Part shown: positions 48,829 through 59,395 of the stretch, piece by piece
How positions within the stretch are numbered: the first letter of the stretch is position 1
Layout of the letters: each line of letters begins with the position of its first letter
Assembly (NCBI GenBank): GCA_963665295.1
Contig: OY762209.1
Span: 4,576,001-4,640,000, forward strand
From: Syntrophorhabdaceae bacterium
Lineage (GTDB): Bacteria; Desulfobacterota; Syntrophorhabdia; Syntrophorhabdales; Syntrophorhabdaceae
DNA: 64,000 nucleotides
Direction: 5' to 3'
The notes under the pieces: generated by a model
Seen by the model: only the letters and a program-made list of their open reading frames with translations
The model's database searches: none
What the model was told of the DNA's origin: nothing
Position numbers and translations under genes: made by a program

Positions 48829-49328
48829 GGACAAAAGGCGAAGGAGTACTCCGTTCTGTTTTGACGGTCATCGTGCTGGCGTGCCTGACGATAACGGGCT
48901 GCGGCTACGGCCGCATGTACGATCAGGATACGGTGAAGACCTACAAAAGGAAGATGCCTCCAATGGACAAAAGGACTGTGCCCCTTTCCGGCGGCTTTGC
49001 GGTCCTCTCCCACGGCACACCGGGGACCATGGCGAACCCCGTGGCCGGTTCCCCCTTGGGCGTTGAAAGGGGCCGGCTTGCATACGGATATTTTTGCGTC
49101 CAGTGTCACGGTCCGAGGCTTGACGGTCTCGGCACCGTGGGTCAGAGCTTCGCTCCCCTCCCCACAAACCTTGTCTCTTCGGGCGTACTCTCTCTGAAAG
49201 ACGGGGAGATCTACTCGAGGGTAAGACTCGGATTCAAAAGGCACCCGGCCCTCTATACCACCATATCCGAGGAGGATACGTGGGCGGTCATCGCCTTCAT
49301 GCGTCGCATGGCGCGGGGGGCGTCATGA
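48825..49328 (+). CDS. Monoheme cytochrome c lipoprotein, ActE-like
   Basis: Lipobox ITGC, MYDQ...TVP, CVQCH. Confidence 0.75.
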   Translation: MRTKGEGVLRSVLTVIVLACLTITGCGYGRMYDQDTVKTYKRKMPPMDKRTVPLSGGFAVLSHGTPGTMANPVAGSPLGVERGRLAYGYFCVQCHGPRLDGLGTVGQSFAPLPTNLVSSGVLSLKDGEIYSRVRLGFKRHPALYTTISEEDTWAVIAFMRRMARGAS

Positions 49329-50020
49329 TCACCGAGTTGTTGCTCGCCTTCGTAACCGGTATCGCGGGGAGCCTCCACTGCCTCGGCATGTGCGGTCCCC
49401 TCGTGATAGCCTATTCCCTGCACCTTCGCGGCGGGTCGCCGGCGGGGCGCGGCTTGTGGTCTACCGGCGGGCTCATGCGCCATCTCACCTTCCACCTGGG
49501 ACGGACCATAACCTACGCGTGTCTGGGGGCCCTTCTCGCGGGACTCGTCAATCTCGGAGATATGACAAGGTCCCTCATGGGCATCCGGAGTATCATTACC
49601 ATCGGGGGTGGCGTCTTCATGGTCCTCTCCGGTCTCATGCTTCTCAGGATAATCCCCTTTTCCTTCACGTCGGCAGCCCCTTCGGGACAACGGGAATCCA
49701 TGCTCACCCGCTTTATCAGGGCCCGCCTCGACTCTCCCGGGCGCAGTTCCGGACTAAGCCTGGGACTTGCAACAGGGTTTCTCCCCTGCATGTTCTCCTG
49801 GGCCATGATCGTTAAAGCAGCGAGTCTGGAAAATCCCTTTGCGGCGTTTTTATTCATGGCCCTGTTTGGTTTGGGCACCGCACCCGTGCTCCTCTTTACC
49901 GGTTTCTCCACCTCTCTCTTTACGGTCGGGACCCGGCTCGCAGGAGAACGTCTTGCTGCCGCGTCGGTAATCGCCATGGGTCTCATCCTTCTCTGGAAGG
50001 GAGCAGGCCAATTTGTCTGA
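49325..50020 (+). CDS. DsbD_2 / sulfite-exporter-like membrane protein (oxidase biogenesis)
   Basis: SLHCLGMCGP, GRTITY, GFLPC, FGLGT. Confidence 0.85.
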   Translation: MITELLLAFVTGIAGSLHCLGMCGPLVIAYSLHLRGGSPAGRGLWSTGGLMRHLTFHLGRTITYACLGALLAGLVNLGDMTRSLMGIRSIITIGGGVFMVLSGLMLLRIIPFSFTSAAPSGQRESMLTRFIRARLDSPGRSSGLSLGLATGFLPCMFSWAMIVKAASLENPFAAFLFMALFGLGTAPVLLFTGFSTSLFTVGTRLAGERLAAASVIAMGLILLWKGAGQFV

Positions 50021-52499
50021 GCATCAGTTCAGCACCACCGCAACCGGGAAAGAGGGCTTTTCGCCTCCCCGGGCAGACACATGCTACCTCTGCGGTCTGC
50101 CGATCGGCGCGGGGGAAACAGCGTCCGGATCACTCCGGCGGTTCTGTTGCCCCGGGTGCCGCCAGGTATTCCTCATCCTCTCCGCGTCCACGGGCGATCT
50201 CCCTCCCGATTTCCGGACAACAGAACTCTATCGGGCATGCGTGGAAGCAGGCATCGTTCCCGTTCCCGGCAACACGCCTTCACCTTCTGCTGCGGATGTC
50301 CCGGCATGGGGAACGGATACACCGGCCCTTGAATTCGTGTTCAAAGCAGGGGGTATGTGGTGCCCCGCCTGCGGCTGGCTTATCGAGGAAGTCCTGAAAA
50401 AGACCTCAGGCGTCCTGGACCCGCACGTGTCGTTTTTTACCGATACGGTGAGGGTGAGATATCTCCCTCACCGTGTAACACCATCAGAGATCATGTCCCG
50501 TGTGGCAAAGCTAGGTTATCCTGTGTCGCCCCCCGAAGGGGAGATCCACCGGGTCCGGGCAAAACAGGACCTCCTGGTGCGTCTCGGCGTTGCGGCGATC
50601 CTCACCATGAATGCCATGATGCTTTCGACAGCCCTGTACTTCGGGTTCATCCGCGTACTCAACCCCACGACGGTCGCCTACTTCTCTTACCCCCTCCTCG
50701 TCATGACGGGACCCGTGGTTTTCTATGCGGGAATGCCCATCCTGAGGAAGGCGTGGGCCGGTATCCGGTACGGCAGCGTTTCCATGGATACCCTTGTTGC
50801 GGTGAGCGCCCTTGCGGCTTTCTTTTACAGCGTCGCACAGATTGCGCGAGGGAGCATCCACCTCTATTTCGACACCGCGGCGATGCTTGTCACTATCGTT
50901 CTCCTGGGACGCTATATCGAGATGCACGCACGGGAGCGCGTTGTGGCTTCGGTGACCGCGCACCTTGACGAAATAGGCCCTCAAAAGGTGCGCCTCAGGG
51001 AGGGCCGTGGTGAACGTTGGGTTTCCGCCAGTGCAGTGAGGCCCGGAGACTCTTTCGTGGTGAGGGCAGGCGAACGTCTTGCCCTGGACGGCGTGGTCAA
51101 AAACGGCACGGGACTTCTGGATCAGTCCGTCCTCACCGGTGAGCCGCGGCCCGTGGCGAAAAACAGCGAGGGACAGGTGATGGCGGGGAGCCTGCTCACG
51201 GAGGGTGAACTGGAGGTCGTCGCATCGAGGCCCGCGGAGGAGAGTACACTCCGGCGGATGACCGACCTCGTGACCCATGCCCTCGATCGCAGGAGCCGGG
51301 GTGAACAACTGGCTGACCGCACAAGCCGGTTGTTTGTACCCGCTGTCCTGGCCGTGGCAGGTTTCACAGGGATAATTATGCGCATTTCGGGAGCTTCGGT
51401 GGACGAAATCCTGCTCAGATGCCTCACCATCCTCCTCATCTCGTGTCCTTGCACCCTCGGTATAGCAATCCCCCTTGTGAAGGTTGCCATGGTCGGTCTC
51501 GGTCGGAAGAAGGGGATCCTCATAAAGAACCCTGACGCCCTCGATCGGATAACAAAACTCGACACCATGGTCTTCGACAAGACAGGTACCGTAACCGAGG
51601 GATGTTTCACCCTTCGTCACGTGATATCGAAGGACCTCTCCGACGATGAAGCCCTTTCCATGGTGGCTGCAATAGAAGCGGGCTCGTCCCACTTCCTTGC
51701 CGGGGAGATTGTCCGGAGGGCGCGTTGCCTGGGGATCGCCATTGCGAAGGCTTCCGACATAGAGGAACTGGGAGGGCTCGGCATAACAGGCACCGCGGGC
51801 GGCAAGACGGTCTTCGCAGGGAACCGGCGTCTTCTCACCCGATGCGGAGCAGGCCTTCCCGATTACCTCGACCATCAGGCCAGGGAATGGGAGCAAGCCG
51901 GCATGACCGTGGTCTTCTTCGGGTCGGACTCCGTCACAAAAGGCTTCTTTGTGTTCGGAGACAGGGAACGCGAAGGAGCGAAGGAGCTTGTAGACCGGCT
52001 TCGGAAGCGGGGCCTCAGACTCCTGCTCCTGTCGGGAGACGGGGAGGAAACCACGGAGGCCGTGGCCCGGCGTCTCGGCATCAGTGACTTCCTGGGCCAG
52101 AGACTCCCTCATGAGAAGGCAGAAACCATAGAGAGGCTTCGTCTCGAAGGACACGTTACAGGCATGGTGGGCGACGGCATAAACGACGCCGGGGCCATGG
52201 CCGCAGCCGACGTGGCCATTGCGGTGGGATCGGGAAACGATGTAATGAAGGAGGCGGCGGACCTGATCATACCCGGGGGAAGACCCGGCGCCATCATCGA
52301 TGCATTCGCCCTTTCCGCCCTGTGCGCCCGAACCACCCGGCAGAACCTCTCCTTTGCCTTCCTGTATAATCTGATTGCCGTGCCCGTTGCCGCGGCGGGT
52401 CTGTTGAACCCCCTCATCGCGGTCATCGCCATGTTCATGAGCAGCCTTACCGTCATAGGGAACGCGCTCCGCGTCTCCCGTGAGCCCGGATCGCGGTAA
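50013..52499 (+). CDS. ccoI: Heavy-metal (Cu) P1B-type ATPase, CcoI-like
   Basis: CYLCGL...FCCPGC, MWCPAC, YFD, CPC, DKTGT, GDGIND, YN...MxxSS. Confidence 0.88.
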   Translation: MSEHQFSTTATGKEGFSPPRADTCYLCGLPIGAGETASGSLRRFCCPGCRQVFLILSASTGDLPPDFRTTELYRACVEAGIVPVPGNTPSPSAADVPAWGTDTPALEFVFKAGGMWCPACGWLIEEVLKKTSGVLDPHVSFFTDTVRVRYLPHRVTPSEIMSRVAKLGYPVSPPEGEIHRVRAKQDLLVRLGVAAILTMNAMMLSTALYFGFIRVLNPTTVAYFSYPLLVMTGPVVFYAGMPILRKAWAGIRYGSVSMDTLVAVSALAAFFYSVAQIARGSIHLYFDTAAMLVTIVLLGRYIEMHARERVVASVTAHLDEIGPQKVRLREGRGERWVSASAVRPGDSFVVRAGERLALDGVVKNGTGLLDQSVLTGEPRPVAKNSEGQVMAGSLLTEGELEVVASRPAEESTLRRMTDLVTHALDRRSRGEQLADRTSRLFVPAVLAVAGFTGIIMRISGASVDEILLRCLTILLISCPCTLGIAIPLVKVAMVGLGRKKGILIKNPDALDRITKLDTMVFDKTGTVTEGCFTLRHVISKDLSDDEALSMVAAIEAGSSHFLAGEIVRRARCLGIAIAKASDIEELGGLGITGTAGGKTVFAGNRRLLTRCGAGLPDYLDHQAREWEQAGMTVVFFGSDSVTKGFFVFGDREREGAKELVDRLRKRGLRLLLLSGDGEETTEAVARRLGISDFLGQRLPHEKAETIERLRLEGHVTGMVGDGINDAGAMAAADVAIAVGSGNDVMKEAADLIIPGGRPGAIIDAFALSALCARTTRQNLSFAFLYNLIAVPVAAAGLLNPLIAVIAMFMSSLTVIGNALRVSREPGSR

Positions 52500-52627
52500 A
52501 ACATTTACGTGAGGCCTTCACCCCCCCCTTCGGGGAGGTTCATTCCTTGTAACCAATTCAATCCGAAATATTGTATATTCTGTGTGACGGGGAAGCACCG
52601 CCGGACGCATGCACTGGGGTGAAGAAG

Positions 52628-55114
52628 ATGGAAAACGAAAGGAAAACAAAACAACAACTCATCGAGGAGCTTTCGGAGCTTCGTTTCAAGGTTGCCCAAC
52701 TGAAGACAGGGCGTGCGGCGGCCGAGCGGGCCCTCCGGGAAAGCGAAGAAAAGTTCTCCATTCTTTCCGAAAACAGCGACATCGTCATCTTTCTGATTCA
52801 GGAGGAAAAGTGCCTGTACGTTAACCCTCCCTTCACGACGATGACAGGTTATACCCTCGAGGACCTCTCGACCATGAATTTCTGGGACATCGTCTCCCCG
52901 GACATGCGGGAACTGGCCAAAACACGGGCCCTTGCCCGGCAGAGGAAGGAGAAGGTGCCTTCCCGGTATGACTTGAGGTTCATCACGAAATCCGGAGAGG
53001 AACGGTACGGCAACCTCGGGACCACGCTGATCGCGTTCAACAACAACCCTGCCATACTGGGATTCGCCCTCGACGTCACGGACCGCAAGCATATTGAAAA
53101 GGCCCTCAAGGAAAGCGAGAAAAAGTTCCGCGGCATCTTTGAAAACACCATCGTCGGTATCTACCAGAGCGTGCCCTCGGCGGACTATCTCATGGTCAAT
53201 CACGCATTCGCAAGAATCTTCGGGTACGATTCGCCTGAGGACCTCATGATGTCGGCCATCGATATAAGGGATCAACTCCACATGGACACGTCGGGACTGG
53301 CCGCCTCCGAAAAGGGCACCCGAAACTTTCAGCTTCAGATACGCCGTAAGGACGGCAGTACAGGCTGGGTGTCAAACCATTTCCTCGTCACCGAGGACGA
53401 ATACGGCAATGCAGTGGGCTTTGAAGGGGTACTGGTAGATATTACGGAACAGAAAGGTTTGGAAGAAGCGCTGAGAGAGAGCGAGACCCAATATCGCACC
53501 CTTTTCGACTCGGCGAGCGACTCCATTTTCCTGGCGGCCAACGACAGGTTCATCGACTGCAACAGAAAAGCCCTCGATATGTTCGGCTGCACAAAGGAGC
53601 AGATCGTCGGTCAGTCCCCCTCCAGGTTTTCTCCTCCCCTGTCGTCCGATGGAGGAGATTCGAGGGGAAGGACCTTCGATAAGATAACTGCGGCCATGGC
53701 CGGAGACCCCCAGTTCATCGAGTGGAAGCTTTGCAGGTATGACGGAACCCCCTTTGACGCGGAGGTAAGTCTGAACTGCGTGGAGTTGGGCGGAGGAAGA
53801 CTTCTCCAGGCCATTATCCGTGATGTGACCGACCGGAAACGCGCTGAGCAGTCGCTCCGGGAGTCGGAGAATAAATTCCGGGTCCTCGCTGAAAAGGCCC
53901 TCGTCGGCATCTACCTCGTGCAGGACGGCCTCTTCAGATACGTCAACGCAAGGTTCGCCGAGACGGTCGGTTACCCCATAGACGATATCACCGACAAGAT
54001 AGGCCCCAAGGAAACAGCCCTTCCCGAGGACTGGCCCATGGTACGGGAAAATATGCGCAAGAGACTCTCAGGGGAGGCCGAATCTCTTTCCTATGAGTTC
54101 CGAACCCTCACCAAAGACGACGAAATCAGAAACGTGGAGATCTTTAGTTCCCGCATACTTTACCAGGACAGGCCGGCCATCCTGGGAACCCTTCTCGACA
54201 TCACCGAGCGCAAACGCGCCCAGGAAGCGCTGAGAGCGAGTGAGGCGCGGTACAGGACCCTCCTCCAGAGCATCCGGGACCGTGTATATATCCTCGACCC
54301 CGAAGGGTGTTTCACCTTTGTGAACAATGAAATCGTGGAACGCTTCGGCCGCCCCAAGGAGTGGTTTATCGGCCGTCATTACCTCCAGGTGGTCCGGCCC
54401 GAATACAGAGACCTTGCCCAGAGAAATTTCGACGCGGAAATGCGCGGAGATGTCCTCCCTCCCTACGAGATCATGATCGATATCCCCGGGTCAAAGGAAA
54501 GGGTGTGGGTGGAAGTGAACAGGCAGCCTCTTTATGACGGTACCCGTATCATCGGCGTTCTCGGCGTTTCACGCGACATCACCTCCCGAAAGCTGATGGA
54601 AGAGGAATTGAAAAGGCACAAGGACCACCTCGAACACAAGGTGGAGGAAAGAACCGCTGAATTGAAAACGAGCAAGGAAGAACTGGAAATCAAAACGAGG
54701 ACCCTGGAGGAGGTCAATACTGCCCTGAAGGTGCTCCTGCGCCAGAGAGAAGAAGACAAGGTCGACCTGGAAGAGCGGTTTGCCTTGAACGTAAGAAAGC
54801 TGATCCTCCCCTATGTGGAAAAGATGAAAAAGGGGCGGCTGGACCCGCAGCTCCATTCCTACGTGAGCATCATGGAGGCAAACCTCAACGAAATCATGTC
54901 ACCCTTTCTCCACTCCGTGGGTCAGTTCAATCTTACCCCGCGGGAGGCACAGGTTGCCTCCCTCATAAAAGACGGCAAGACGACCAAGGAGATCGCTGAG
55001 ATAATCGGCATAGCCCCCAGCGCTGTAGATTCCCATCGCAACAATATCAGGTCAAAGCTGAGCTTGAATAAACGGAAAGTCAATCTTCAGATGTATCTTC
55101 AGTCTATGAAATAG
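52628..55114 (+). CDS. Multi-PAS (about 5) protein with C-terminal LuxR HTH (one-component regulator)
   Basis: Repeated D(I/V)T..K..E.AL.ESE linkers; LTPREAQVA...GKTTKEIA...HRNNIRSKL; no kinase domain. Confidence 0.9.
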   Translation: MENERKTKQQLIEELSELRFKVAQLKTGRAAAERALRESEEKFSILSENSDIVIFLIQEEKCLYVNPPFTTMTGYTLEDLSTMNFWDIVSPDMRELAKTRALARQRKEKVPSRYDLRFITKSGEERYGNLGTTLIAFNNNPAILGFALDVTDRKHIEKALKESEKKFRGIFENTIVGIYQSVPSADYLMVNHAFARIFGYDSPEDLMMSAIDIRDQLHMDTSGLAASEKGTRNFQLQIRRKDGSTGWVSNHFLVTEDEYGNAVGFEGVLVDITEQKGLEEALRESETQYRTLFDSASDSIFLAANDRFIDCNRKALDMFGCTKEQIVGQSPSRFSPPLSSDGGDSRGRTFDKITAAMAGDPQFIEWKLCRYDGTPFDAEVSLNCVELGGGRLLQAIIRDVTDRKRAEQSLRESENKFRVLAEKALVGIYLVQDGLFRYVNARFAETVGYPIDDITDKIGPKETALPEDWPMVRENMRKRLSGEAESLSYEFRTLTKDDEIRNVEIFSSRILYQDRPAILGTLLDITERKRAQEALRASEARYRTLLQSIRDRVYILDPEGCFTFVNNEIVERFGRPKEWFIGRHYLQVVRPEYRDLAQRNFDAEMRGDVLPPYEIMIDIPGSKERVWVEVNRQPLYDGTRIIGVLGVSRDITSRKLMEEELKRHKDHLEHKVEERTAELKTSKEELEIKTRTLEEVNTALKVLLRQREEDKVDLEERFALNVRKLILPYVEKMKKGRLDPQLHSYVSIMEANLNEIMSPFLHSVGQFNLTPREAQVASLIKDGKTTKEIAEIIGIAPSAVDSHRNNIRSKLSLNKRKVNLQMYLQSMK

Positions 55115-55119
55115 GGTCA

Positions 55120-55152
55120 TTATAGCCATATTATAACCATATTTATTCCATA
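55120..55152. repeat. Three imperfect 11-bp direct repeats
   Basis: TTATAGCCATA / TTATAACCATA / TTTATTCCATA. Confidence 0.55.
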
Positions 55153-55566
55153 CCATATTTCCGCTCATTTCGTATAGACTTTACATGTTCTAAAAAACTG
55201 GTTTCTCCGTGTACCGTCTGAACTGCATTCGCCGGTGTCCTGTTTCATAAGGGTGCCGGGAAAAGGGGGCAAGAAATCGACACGATAGGGCACCTCGGTA
55301 ATAAACTCACACGTATCCGTTCACGGGGCGGATGGCGCCGGATATGCCCCGACCCTGCTTCCCTCAATGACAAAACCCTCTCCGGAACGAAAGAACGAGA
55401 AAATGGACGGGGCGGCAACCTCCGCGTCATGCGCCCCTCTTCACAGGTCTCACACTTTTTGTGCGCTTCGAGGGCAATGTCCGGAAAGATGGAACACGCA
55501 GAAGGAGGTCAATGTGCTACAATGTAAGTATGGCAAAAACAGAATAAGTAAAAGGCCGGAACACCG

Positions 55567-56925
55567 ATGATCCGGGTACTCGTGGCAGATGACGAAACCG
55601 GGATGGTCGAGACCTTCAGGCAACGGCTGGCCGCAGAAGAGATTGAGGTGATCGCCGCCTTCCGTGCCCGGGAAGCCCTTTCCATCCTATCACGGGGAGA
55701 TATGGACGTAGTGGTTCTCGATATAAGGCTTCCGGACATGGACGGACTCGATCTCCTCACAAAGATCAAGGAGACCTGGCCTTCCCTCGAAGTGATTATA
55801 CTTACCGGCTCCGCCTCGATCGCGACGGCGATTCAGTCCATGAAACTCGGAGCCTCCGACTACCTCACCAAACCGTGCAGCGTATCGGACCTTTCGAAGG
55901 CGATCTCCAAAGCATACGAGAAGAAGATGGACACCCTCAAGACCGCGGACCAAGGGAACGAGGCCCGCGGAAAGCGGGTCCATGACTATTTTGTGGGCGC
56001 CAGTGACGAGATGATGAAAGTCAAGAATATACTGTCACTCGTGGCCCCCTCCCGCGCACCCGTGTTGATCCTGGGCGAAACCGGCACAGGCAAGGAACTT
56101 GCCGCCCTGGCCATTCACGAACTGGGTCCCCGCTCGGGGCGCCCTTTTGTCACCATCAATTCGAGCGCCCTCCAGGAAACCATGCTTGAGAGCGAGCTTT
56201 TCGGATACAGGAAAGGTGCCTTCACGGGCGCCGACAGCGACAAACCCGGGCTCCTGGAGATTGCGGACCACGGCACGTTCTTTGTGGACGAAGTGGGAGA
56301 GATGGGCCTCACCATACAGGCAAAGGTCCTGCGGGCCATGGAAACCGGGACTTTCAGGAAACTCGGAGCCACAACGGAAACGAAGGTCGACGTCCGTTTC
56401 ATCTTCGCCACAAACAAACCCCTCAAAAACGAAGTTGAACAGGGGAGATTCCGCAAGGACCTGTTCTTCAGGATAAACACCCTCCAGGTCAACCTCCCGC
56501 CTCTCAGGCAAAAGAAGGATGACATCCCTCTTCTGACCGGTTATTTCCTCGGCAAATTCGTCACCGGAGGAAAGAGGAAGCGTTTTTCCCGGGAGGCGAT
56601 AAACCTCCTCACGCTTTACGGGTGGCCGGGAAATGTGAGGGAACTCGCAAATACGGTTCAAAGGTCCATTCTGATGAGCGGTGAGCGCGAAGAGATCGAA
56701 CCCGAGGACCTTACTCCGGCCATACTGAAAACCGTGGCCTACCCGAAGGAGGCACAGGTTCCTTCGCAAGGTCACCGGACTTTGAACCTTTCCCGTATGG
56801 AACAGGGCCATATTCAGAGCGTGCTGAGCTCCGTGAAGGGAAACAAGGCCAAGGCAGCCCGGCTCCTGGGCATAAGCCGTACGGCCCTTTACGATAAGCT
56901 GGGAGCGATGCAGGCGGCGAGATGA
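55567..56925 (+). CDS. Sigma54-dependent response regulator (NtrC family)
   Basis: REC domain; GETGTGKE, ESELFG, GAFTGA, WPGNVREL; Fis HTH. Confidence 0.93.
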   Translation: MIRVLVADDETGMVETFRQRLAAEEIEVIAAFRAREALSILSRGDMDVVVLDIRLPDMDGLDLLTKIKETWPSLEVIILTGSASIATAIQSMKLGASDYLTKPCSVSDLSKAISKAYEKKMDTLKTADQGNEARGKRVHDYFVGASDEMMKVKNILSLVAPSRAPVLILGETGTGKELAALAIHELGPRSGRPFVTINSSALQETMLESELFGYRKGAFTGADSDKPGLLEIADHGTFFVDEVGEMGLTIQAKVLRAMETGTFRKLGATTETKVDVRFIFATNKPLKNEVEQGRFRKDLFFRINTLQVNLPPLRQKKDDIPLLTGYFLGKFVTGGKRKRFSREAINLLTLYGWPGNVRELANTVQRSILMSGEREEIEPEDLTPAILKTVAYPKEAQVPSQGHRTLNLSRMEQGHIQSVLSSVKGNKAKAARLLGISRTALYDKLGAMQAAR

Positions 56926-57061
56926 CAATACCGGCGTTTGCCATTGGGGAAGCTCGAAGTCCCCATAAAGGGACTTCTTTTAACTACACGTTGTGACAAG
57001 AAGACCACGGCGGGGACGTTCAGCCCCGCGCGAGTCGATCAATATCAAGAGGAGGATTTAG

Positions 57062-58210
57062 ATGGTCGAGCTTACGGCGGAACAAAGAGACATCAAACAG
57101 GCGGCGCGGGAATTTGCGGAAAAGGAATTCAAGGACATCGCGAGGCAACTGGACGAGAAGGAGCAGTTCGACGACAGACTCTGGAAGAAGGCCGCGGAGC
57201 TGGGCTTTCTCGCCGTATTCATAGAAGAGGAATACGGCGGAGCCGGACTGGGACATCTCGAACAGTGTCTTATCATTGAGGAGTTCGCCCGTGTCGACAC
57301 AGGGCTCGCCCAGTGCATGGTGGCTTCCTATTTCGGTACTCAGTTGATAAAGCTCTTCGGCACGGAGGAGCAGAAGCACAAATTCCTTCCCCCCATAGTC
57401 AGGGGAGAGATGAGATGCGGCATGGCGTCCACCGAGCCCGACGCGGGAAGCGACGTGGCGGCCATCACTACCACTGCAGTGAAAGACGGGAACGACTATA
57501 TAATCTCAGGTAACAAGATGTTCATCACCAATGCCAACACCGCCGACTATCTCCTGGTGCTCTGTGTGACGGATCCCACCAACCCCAGGAAGCATAACAG
57601 GCTAAGCACCATCATAGTGGAAACGAACAGACCCGGGTACGAAGCCACCAAGCTCCACGGGAAGCTCTCCATACGCTGTTCCGACACAGGGGAGTGCACG
57701 TTCAAAGACGTGAGGGTCCCCCAGTCGAACCTCGTGGGTGTGGAGGGAAAGGGCTTCCACCAGCTTATGGAGTTCTTCAACAGGGCCCGTCTCGAGGGCG
57801 GAGCAGGATTGGCGGTAGGCACGGCCCAGGGCGCACTCGACAAGGCCATGGACCACGTGAAGAAGAGGAAAGCCTTTGGCGGACCTCTCGCAAAACTTCA
57901 GATCGTTCAGGCAAAGATCGCGGAGATGGCGACCCTTGTCGAGGCAGGCAGGAGTCTTCTCTACAGAGCGGCCATGAAGGTGGACAAGGGAGAAGTCGAC
58001 CATACCCTTATCGCCATGGCCAAGTGGTATACCTGCGAGAATGCAGTCAAGGTAGCTGACGAAGCGATCCAGCTTCACGGAGGATACGGCATCCTTGAAG
58101 AGTATGATGTTGCGCATTATTGGAGGGACGCCAAGGTCCTCGAGATTTTCGAAGGCACAAAAGAAGTGGAGAAGGTGCTTATCGGAAAAACGCTCCTGCA
58201 GACGTCCTGA
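57062..58210 (+). CDS. Acyl-CoA dehydrogenase
   Basis: TEPDAGSD, KMFITN, QLHGGYG, IFEGTKE. Confidence 0.94.
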   Translation: MVELTAEQRDIKQAAREFAEKEFKDIARQLDEKEQFDDRLWKKAAELGFLAVFIEEEYGGAGLGHLEQCLIIEEFARVDTGLAQCMVASYFGTQLIKLFGTEEQKHKFLPPIVRGEMRCGMASTEPDAGSDVAAITTTAVKDGNDYIISGNKMFITNANTADYLLVLCVTDPTNPRKHNRLSTIIVETNRPGYEATKLHGKLSIRCSDTGECTFKDVRVPQSNLVGVEGKGFHQLMEFFNRARLEGGAGLAVGTAQGALDKAMDHVKKRKAFGGPLAKLQIVQAKIAEMATLVEAGRSLLYRAAMKVDKGEVDHTLIAMAKWYTCENAVKVADEAIQLHGGYGILEEYDVAHYWRDAKVLEIFEGTKEVEKVLIGKTLLQTS

Positions 58211-58289
58211 TCAAGGGAGGAAGGGCGCGCTGTTTCACCGCGTTTCCGGCAGGCGAAATCCGGGAACAATGCGGTGCAAAGGCGTTTTG

Positions 58290-58309
58290 CATTACGGTTT
58301 GCCGTAATG
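58290..58309. promoter_or_regulatory. Perfect inverted repeat upstream of dctP (operator or hairpin)
   Basis: CATTACGG-TTTG-CCGTAATG. Confidence 0.4.
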
Positions 58310-58348
58310 GGGATGCTTCACGGATTTTAACAAAAAAAGGAGGGTTTT

Positions 58349-59380
58349 ATGAAAAGATCAACATGGATGATCGGTTGTCTCATGGTATGCGCATTACTGT
58401 TTTTATTCCTCGTCCCCCTTCAGAGCCACGCGGCGGAGAAGGTAATCACCCTTAAGGTAGCCAACTGGTTCCCCATCACCCACAAGCAGAGCATCCTCCT
58501 CGATGCGTGGGGCAAGGAAGTGGAGAAGAAGACGGGGGGCAAGGTAAAGGTCAACTACTATGCCGCAGGCACCCTCGTCCCCGCTGCCCAGAGCTATGAC
58601 GCGGTCACCAAGGGTATCGCCGATGTAGGCAACCACGTCCTCGGATACACGGTAGGGAAGTTCCCCTTGACGGAGATCATCGACCTCCCCCTGGGCTACC
58701 CCAACAACACGGTTCCCACCAAGATGGCCAATGCCTTCTACGGCAAGTTCAAACCGAAAGAGTTCGATGAGGTGAAGGTCCTCTGGTTCCACGCCCAGGC
58801 CCCCGGCATCGTCCACACGAAGTCAAAACCCGTCCACAAACTCGAGGACCTGAAGGGCCTCAAGATGAGGACCTACGGCTCCAATGCGAAGCTCATGGGA
58901 CTTCTGGGAGGAACCCCCGTGGCAATGCCCATGACCGATGTGTATGACGCCCTTTCGAGAGGCGTAGCCGACGGCGTCATGGCCGCATACGAGGCACTGG
59001 AAGGCTTCAGGCTCGGAGAGCAGGTGAAGTACTCCACGGAGAACTACGACACCTCCTACAGCGCCACCTTCGTGGTCGTCATGAACAAGAGAAAATGGAA
59101 CGCCCTTCCCCCGGACGTGCAGAAGGTGATCGACGGGATGAGCCCCGAGTATATCGAGAAGTACGCCGCCATGTGGGATGACATCGAAAAGAGCGGCAAG
59201 GAATACTGCATCAAGAAAGGCAACAAGATCATCACCCTCGACAAAGCCGAACAAGCCAAGTGGGTGGCCAAGGCCGAACCTCTCTTCGATGACTACGTGA
59301 AGAGGATGAAGGCAAAGAACCTGCCGGGCGACGAAGCGCTGAAGTTCGTCCGCGATTACTTAAAACCCTACAAAAAGTAA
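58349..59380 (+). CDS. dctP: TRAP transporter substrate-binding protein
   Basis: Signal peptide; DLKGLKMR, VYDALSRGVADG, WNALP. Confidence 0.92.
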   Translation: MKRSTWMIGCLMVCALLFLFLVPLQSHAAEKVITLKVANWFPITHKQSILLDAWGKEVEKKTGGKVKVNYYAAGTLVPAAQSYDAVTKGIADVGNHVLGYTVGKFPLTEIIDLPLGYPNNTVPTKMANAFYGKFKPKEFDEVKVLWFHAQAPGIVHTKSKPVHKLEDLKGLKMRTYGSNAKLMGLLGGTPVAMPMTDVYDALSRGVADGVMAAYEALEGFRLGEQVKYSTENYDTSYSATFVVVMNKRKWNALPPDVQKVIDGMSPEYIEKYAAMWDDIEKSGKEYCIKKGNKIITLDKAEQAKWVAKAEPLFDDYVKRMKAKNLPGDEALKFVRDYLKPYKK

Positions 59381-59395
59381 TATCCGGGAGGAGAA

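Noticed and set aside
55200..55500. Possible riboswitch in the long intergenic region
   Set aside because: Some hairpins, but no match to the cobalamin, c-di-GMP, TPP or SAM consensus that I could recognise; an Rfam scan would settle it.
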